A DNA stretch of 20,000 bases from an uncultured virus (IMG/VR IMGVR_UViG_3300030430_003815) (taxonomy: Duplodnaviria; Heunggongvirae; Uroviricota; Caudoviricetes), in the IMG/VR virus record IMGVR_UViG_3300030430_003815. One strand, given 5' to 3'. Under the pieces are notes generated by a model. That model worked only from the letters and a program-made list of their open reading frames with translations. It was not told where the DNA came from and searched no databases. Position numbers and translations under genes: made by a program. Positions within the stretch are counted from its first letter, which is position 1. Each line of letters begins with the position of its first letter. Shown here in pieces: positions 15,387 to 20,000 of this stretch.

Positions 15387-16683
15387 AATATGGACTGATC
15401 TAGATTATAAAGAACGACCTGGTATATGGAATCTCTGCGCGATGAGAGGAATAACCGATTATTTTACTGGAGATCTAAAAAGAGTCGAACAAGATAAATT
15501 TGAAGAAAATAAAAATGTTAAAATTTATTTTGCTGATCGAACTATTATGGACAACTGGGATATCGCAAGTAAAGTATTACTACTTGAAGACTATTCCAAT
15601 CATTCTAGTATAAAATATGAATTTGCCTCCTGGAGAAAAAATTTTAATATATTTTTACCAGTCTTTCAGAGAAATATAAATTGGTGTAAAGAACATGATG
15701 TACAACCTTACATTGATATGGTTTGGGAATCTATTGATGATCACTACTTTCGTGAATTTAAAGAGTGCAGATTATGGAAGTATATTGTAGATAATGATAT
15801 TAAAATTATATGTCACACGCCTATTAATCACCCCAATCTCATAGATGTAAACAGATTTTTTGAATTTGAATTTATATCTACTTTGTATGGGGATGTTAGA
15901 AATCATTCTTCTTTATTTTTAAAGCCTAAGTGGAACGAGAAGAAAAAATATTTTTATTGTAGTCATATGGGATGTATTTCAACTAAATATGAAATTCAAA
16001 GATTTTTAGTTCACGCTATGGAAGAGAAAGAATTATGGAATGATGAGTTCTTTTGGTCAGTCTTGAACAAGAGACCGACTTTAGCGAAAGAATCTCCATA
16101 TTATACTTCAAAATATAAACATCTTTTTGAAGCAAATACTTGGGAATCAAAAACTGTAAATTATTACGATAGTACTACAGAATCGTGGGATCCCAGCAGT
16201 TACAAAAGTAACGTCAATCCAGAAAGAAGAATATCGCCACAAATGATAGACAGCGAATGTTACATCGTTTTTGAAAATAATTATGCTTATCATACAGAAA
16301 AAACTATAAAACCTATATATGCTCAACTTCCTTTCATAATATTTGCGCCGCCAGCTGATTCAAATAAAACAGATATACCTAATCTCTTGAACGCTAATAG
16401 AAGACTAAAGAAACACGGATACGAAATATTTGATGAAGTATTCGACTATTCTTTTGAAGACAAAGGATTAAATACAGAAGATATGATGGATGAATTCATA
16501 AAGGAATTAGTTCGAGTCAAGAAAGAAGGTAGAAATATTTGGGAGCAGCCGTCAGTAAAAGAAAAAGTAAGATATAATCATTATTTACTTTTAAAAAGAG
16601 CAAGCACCGAAGAAATGATAAAATATTTTATAAAAATATTTACTGAAAAAACAACTCCACTATTATTGTCAAATGATAAATAA
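15376..16683 (+). CDS. putative glycosyltransferase-like protein, paralog 3 (more diverged)
   Basis: PERRISPQMIDS...HTEKTIKPI...LPF...GYEIFDEVFDYSFE...QPSVKEK. ATG 15376, overlapping the ugd stop, is more plausible than 15322. Confidence 0.5.
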   Translation: MKLEIWTDLDYKERPGIWNLCAMRGITDYFTGDLKRVEQDKFEENKNVKIYFADRTIMDNWDIASKVLLLEDYSNHSSIKYEFASWRKNFNIFLPVFQRNINWCKEHDVQPYIDMVWESIDDHYFREFKECRLWKYIVDNDIKIICHTPINHPNLIDVNRFFEFEFISTLYGDVRNHSSLFLKPKWNEKKKYFYCSHMGCISTKYEIQRFLVHAMEEKELWNDEFFWSVLNKRPTLAKESPYYTSKYKHLFEANTWESKTVNYYDSTTESWDPSSYKSNVNPERRISPQMIDSECYIVFENNYAYHTEKTIKPIYAQLPFIIFAPPADSNKTDIPNLLNANRRLKKHGYEIFDEVFDYSFEDKGLNTEDMMDEFIKELVRVKKEGRNIWEQPSVKEKVRYNHYLLLKRASTEEMIKYFIKIFTEKTTPLLLSNDK

Positions 16684-16981
16684 TAATATGTTTAAATTAC
16701 CGATACAGCTCACTGAAGCTGCAGAAGAATATTTAAAAGGTATTGGAGATCCAAACGTTTCTCTAACTGTAAAAGGTGGAGGGTGTGCAGGATTTCAATA
16801 TGTCTGGGGTACAACAGACAAAGAACCCAAAGTAGGAAACTTATGGGTTGATCCAATGGCAGAGATGTTTGTCTTTGGTTGTACGGTTGATTATGTAAAA
16901 GAAATAGGAGGATCTTACTTGAAAATTATTAATCCAAATGCTAAGGCATCATGTGGTTGTGGAGAGAGTTTTGGCGTTTGA
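16673..16981 (+). CDS. A-type Fe-S cluster carrier (HesB/IscA/ErpA family)
   Basis: LTEAA, VKGGGCAGFQY, C-terminal NPNAKASCGCGESF with the three conserved Cys. The start may be 16688. Confidence 0.95.
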   Translation: MINNNMFKLPIQLTEAAEEYLKGIGDPNVSLTVKGGGCAGFQYVWGTTDKEPKVGNLWVDPMAEMFVFGCTVDYVKEIGGSYLKIINPNAKASCGCGESFGV

Positions 16982-17165
16982 TTTTAAATTTAAAGCAGAA
17001 ATGTTTTACAGAACTAAAGGCCACTTAAACGCAACTAGAGATACCATTGAAGGAATGTTTGATAGCTATTTTAAAAGAGCTTGGGGAAACCATGAATGGG
17101 TAACACATTCAAAAGGCTTTGAAAAAGCTTGGAAAAAATATCAATCACACTTAATGATAAAGTAA
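16971..17165 (+). CDS. hypothetical protein
   Basis: In-frame TTG at 16971 with GGAG SD; fills the gap to the convergent gene. Confidence 0.6.
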   Translation: MAFDFKFKAEMFYRTKGHLNATRDTIEGMFDSYFKRAWGNHEWVTHSKGFEKAWKKYQSHLMIK

Positions 17166-17531
17166 TTATTTCATAGCGTCATTTAAAGAATCTACAACAC
17201 TATCGATATTTGGTTCTTGTCCATTAGGATCATATTTACATTGATATGTCACGGGACACTGTCCCTCAACCACTAATTGATATGTATCATTAGCACCTTT
17301 ATATAAACAAACTTGTTGTCCATTTTTTGCTTGTACCCTTTTATATCTTCGACAAGTTATGTACTTAGGATCTTCTCTTATACCTAAACGTTTTTCTTGC
17401 TCCCAAGTCCAGTCACTAAACTTCTTGAGAAAACAAGTAAAACATTGCTTGATATTATCTGGTTGTTTTCTTTCTTCTGTTGATGTTGGTGTCGCTATTA
17501 ATATCAAAAAGAAAACTAATAAGATTCTCAA
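17166..17531 (-). CDS. secreted Cys-rich hypothetical protein (about 121 aa)
   Basis: TTG at 17531 overlaps the upstream TGA and follows a GAGGT SD, giving signal peptide MRILLVFFLILIATPTS. Six Cys in the mature part. Confidence 0.7.
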   Translation of the reverse strand: MRILLVFFLILIATPTSTEERKQPDNIKQCFTCFLKKFSDWTWEQEKRLGIREDPKYITCRRYKRVQAKNGQQVCLYKGANDTYQLVVEGQCPVTYQCKYDPNGQEPNIDSVVDSLNDAMK

Positions 17532-18010
17532 ATATAACCTCTCGTCAAAAGGTAAAGATAAAACATCCAGAAGACGAATCCTGTGACAACTGTTATTAAA
17601 AAACCAATTGCTATCCACTCAAATAATTTTCTTCTTCTTTCTTCTTGATCGTATATTGCTTTCTGTCTTTTCTTACGAATCTCTCCTTCAGTCCTTAAAA
17701 GTTCTTCCCAAGCACCCACACCTCTTGTAAACATAATCATCTTCTTAAGTTCTTCACGCATGTCTTCAGCTTTCTTTTTAGCCATAAGCGTTTGCAAAGC
17801 CTCCTCTTCTACAGATCCTGCAGCAAAAAGTTTTTTAAATAATGGTGGTTTCTGACTTAGTTCTTCTGCTTTTTTAATGTCGCTCACCGCTCCCATCCAT
17901 CTACCAAGGTCACCAGCCATGGCCTCAACATCACGGCCTAACTGGAATCCTTTTTTGATAGTTGTAAATGCAGCTGAAGCAGTGGCTAATGCTGTTACTG
18001 GATCTATCAT
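17528..18010 (-). CDS. phage coiled-coil protein with C-terminal TM helix
   Basis: AGGAG SD on the minus strand; MIDPVTALATASAAF N-terminus, charged coiled coil, TM WIAIGFLITVVTGFVFWMFYL. Confidence 0.85.
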   Translation of the reverse strand: MIDPVTALATASAAFTTIKKGFQLGRDVEAMAGDLGRWMGAVSDIKKAEELSQKPPLFKKLFAAGSVEEEALQTLMAKKKAEDMREELKKMIMFTRGVGAWEELLRTEGEIRKKRQKAIYDQEERRRKLFEWIAIGFLITVVTGFVFWMFYLYLLTRGYI

Positions 18011-18063
18011 GTTTACTCCTACTTTATCTTCCCATAATGCAACTCAAAGGAGTAATAATATAT

Positions 18064-18092
18064 TTCACTAAACTATTTATATGATATATAAT
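18064..18092 (+). promoter_or_regulatory. possible sigma70-type promoter, divergent from and overlapping the late promoter
   Basis: TTCACT (18064-18069), 17-nt spacer, TATAAT (18087-18092), upstream of the AGGAGG SD of ORF 18110. Confidence 0.5.
18074..18081 (-). promoter_or_regulatory. T4-type late promoter (gp55) TATAAATA
   Basis: Plus-strand TATTTATA is an exact TATAAATA on the minus strand, about 63 nt upstream of the only credible minus-strand operon. Confidence 0.75.
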
Positions 18093-18109
18093 ATCAGGAG
18101 GTAATTAAA

Positions 18110-18331
18110 ATGAATACAGGACCGTTAACAAATGCTTTTGATGAAGACAATGAAGGCGTAGTACTAAAAGAGTTTATAGTTTATAGAGTTAAAGATGGTA
18201 ATCTTACAAGAGAAAAATTTGTTAGGCAATATCATAGTAATGGAGACTATATTGATCACAGTGAATCTACGCCACTATCACCAATAGGATTTACTCTTGA
18301 AGGAAAGATTCCTGGTGCCACAGGAAAATAA
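18110..18331 (+). CDS. hypothetical protein
   Basis: Strong AGGAGGT SD; 73 aa. Confidence 0.8.
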   Translation: MNTGPLTNAFDEDNEGVVLKEFIVYRVKDGNLTREKFVRQYHSNGDYIDHSESTPLSPIGFTLEGKIPGATGK

Positions 18332-18354
18332 TTCACTTTTTTAAAAAATAATCG

Positions 18355-18383
18355 TTTACATTTGAAAAGAATTATGGTATTAT
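18355..18383 (+). promoter_or_regulatory. sigma70-type/T4 early-like promoter
   Basis: (G)TTTACA 18355-18360, 17-nt spacer, TGG-TATTAT 18378-18383, AT-rich tract upstream. Confidence 0.75.
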
Positions 18384-18414
18384 TATACTATCAAATGAAA
18401 AGGAAGGAGCCAAA

Positions 18415-19377
18415 ATGGCACATCAAGTAGAAACAATGGCGTATGCAGGGGATCTCCCTTGGCATGGTCTAGGTGTAAAAGTTAGTAACGAGTTAACTCC
18501 AGCAATGATGATGGAGAAAGCAGGTCTTGATTGGTCTGTAGAAAAGAAAGATATGAAAGTTATAGATGGCATGAAGTCTATAACTATTCCAGGAAGAAAA
18601 GCTTTAATCAGATCTTCCGACAATAAATTTCTTGACGTTGTAGGAGATGATTGGCATCCAATACAAAACGCAGAAGTTTTTGATTTCTTTACAGAATTCG
18701 TAATGGCAGGTGATATGGAAATGCATACTGCTGGTTCACTAAGAGGTGGACAAATTATCTGGGCTCTTGCAAAAGTAAAAGAGTCTTTTGATGTATTTGG
18801 TGACGATAGAGTTGATGCATACATGCTTCTTTCATCTCCTCATCAATATGGTAAATCTATGGATGTTAGATTTACTCCAATCCGAGTTGTTTGCAATAAC
18901 ACTTTAACAATGTCTCTTCAACAAGATTCTAAAAGATCAGTAAAAGTTCGACATAGAACTGCATTTGATCCTGATAGTGTTAAAGAAACACTTGGTATCG
19001 CTCATGAAAAATTTGCGAAGTACAAGGATATGGCTCAGTTTCTTGGAAGCAAAAAGTTTTCAGTTGATAATCTCATTCAGTATTACAACGAGCTTTTCCC
19101 AACAACTTCAAGAAGAGAAGAGCAAAAGGTCAAACCAGTTTCTGGTTATAAAGATCTTTCAAGAGCAGCTCAAATGTGCTATGACGCACTTGAAGTTCAA
19201 CCAGGAGCTCAATACGCTCCAGGTACTTGGTGGCAGGCCTTAAATTCAGTAACTTATTTTACTGATCATCAACAAGGTCGTAATGCTGAAAACAGACTAC
19301 ATAGCCAGTGGTTTGGTTATAATCAAGGTCGAAAAGTAAAAGCTGCTGAAAAAGCAGTTGAATATGCTCGAGCCTAA
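18415..19377 (+). CDS. DUF932 (phage/plasmid-like protein) family
   Basis: MAHQVETMAY..PWHGLG, AGLDWSV, PIQNAE.F, TAGSLRGG, TPIRVVCNNTL, GTWWQALNSVT..DH. AAGGAG SD. Confidence 0.9.
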   Translation: MAHQVETMAYAGDLPWHGLGVKVSNELTPAMMMEKAGLDWSVEKKDMKVIDGMKSITIPGRKALIRSSDNKFLDVVGDDWHPIQNAEVFDFFTEFVMAGDMEMHTAGSLRGGQIIWALAKVKESFDVFGDDRVDAYMLLSSPHQYGKSMDVRFTPIRVVCNNTLTMSLQQDSKRSVKVRHRTAFDPDSVKETLGIAHEKFAKYKDMAQFLGSKKFSVDNLIQYYNELFPTTSRREEQKVKPVSGYKDLSRAAQMCYDALEVQPGAQYAPGTWWQALNSVTYFTDHQQGRNAENRLHSQWFGYNQGRKVKAAEKAVEYARA

Positions 19378-19435
19378 AGTCAAAAGCCTCCTTTTAATAA
19401 ATAATCTCAACGATAATTACATTAGAAGGAGGCGT

Positions 19436-19594
19436 ATGCATGAGTCAGACAAGGACGATCCTTGTGATGATGTTTCTGGCAAAGACGCACTAGAAGGCTG
19501 GATAAAAGCCGCTGAAAACACCACCCCAAAAAAGAAAAAGAATGAAAAGGATTTTCCCCTTTATCCAGGTATTGAACCCGAAGACAATGAATAG
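19436..19594 (+). CDS. small hypothetical protein (52 aa)
   Basis: ATG 19436 follows an AGGAGG SD; the track start at 19358 overlaps DUF932. Confidence 0.55.
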   Translation: MHESDKDDPCDDVSGKDALEGWIKAAENTTPKKKKNEKDFPLYPGIEPEDNE

Positions 19595-19656
19595 TTTGTA
19601 ATAAAATTCAATACAAAATCGATATATAGAGTTATAACAATTAGGGAGAAATTACT

Positions 19657-20000
19657 ATGGAACTAGTAACTCTATGGATGCTCGTCGGATTCTTATTCGC
19701 CGCGTACTCTGTTATTGCCAACGATTCGGTACAAACTCTCGGTACCTGGATCGCATCGAATAATGAGAGAGTAAATTGGAGAATCATGTGGGCTGCTGCT
19801 TCAGTAGTGCTGCTATGGGCTTTATGGTATGGGTGGTATATGTACGGTGGAGATATATCATACGGTAGATTAAATCATATCCCATTTCAAGAAATTCAGT
19901 GGTATCATGCATGTGCACCTGGATTATTATTAGTTTTAACAAGAGTAGGCGTACCAGTGAGTACGTCTTTTTTAGTTTTATCGGCCTTCGCTTCTACTTT
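19657..20000 (+). CDS. PiT/PHO4-family inorganic phosphate transporter-like membrane protein (runs off the window)
   Basis: Manual translation MELVTLWMLVGFLFAAYSVIANDSVQTLGTWIAS...LTRVGVPVSTSFLVLS contains PiT-like AND....GT and GxPVSTS signatures. GGGAG SD. Not in the ORF track. Confidence 0.75.
   Translation, partial: MELVTLWMLVGFLFAAYSVIANDSVQTLGTWIASNNERVNWRIMWAAASVVLLWALWYGWYMYGGDISYGRLNHIPFQEIQWYHACAPGLLLVLTRVGVPVSTSFLVLSAFAST

Noticed and set aside
17166..18010. Rz/Rz1 spanin pair
   Set aside because: The TM is C-terminal in the larger protein and the smaller has no lipobox Cys after its hydrophobic leader.
680..19243. Alternate-frame and antisense ORFs in the track (680-922, 828-1058, 2210-2464, 4064-4258, 4619-4819, 5646-5888, 5671-5955, 7759-8061, 7887-8156, 9876-10097, 11464-11688, 12985-13182, 13261-13461, 14670-14915, 17359-17586, 17877-18071, 18423-18824, 18965-19243)
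   Set aside because: Shadows of well-supported genes; no SD, motifs or operon logic.
1..20000. Stop-codon reassignment, introns, inteins or homing endonucleases
   Set aside because: Core genes (uvsX, 41, thyX, ugd) are full-length and uninterrupted in the standard code, and TAA, TGA and TAG all serve as stops.

Overview
AT-rich, almost entirely + strand segment of a T4-like (myovirus-type) phage genome, probably infecting an alphaproteobacterium (inferred from the tmRNA type). From the left it carries: a putative DNA-modification operon (aGPT-PPlase/AADT-like helical protein, SGNH-fold protein, atypical C5-cytosine methyltransferase, NAD-dependent epimerase); uvsX, a gene at the gp40 position and the gp41 helicase; small ORFs; thyX; a SleB-type cell-wall hydrolase; DUF1289 and DUF3310 proteins; and an FkbM methyltransferase. 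Next is a GC-richer ~730-nt ncRNA island: a circularly permuted (two-piece) tmRNA with a long structured intervening segment, a manA-like RNA and a third, unassigned structured RNA. It is followed by three paralogous glycosyltransferase-like genes around a UDP-sugar dehydrogenase, an IscA/ErpA carrier, an inverted two-gene unit under a TATAAATA late promoter, DUF932, and the start of a PiT-family phosphate transporter. The strongest candidates for something undescribed are (i) the modification operon, whose first three proteins all end in T4 sliding-clamp-binding-like tails, and (ii) the ncRNA island. All family calls come from motif recognition by eye; no database search was run.
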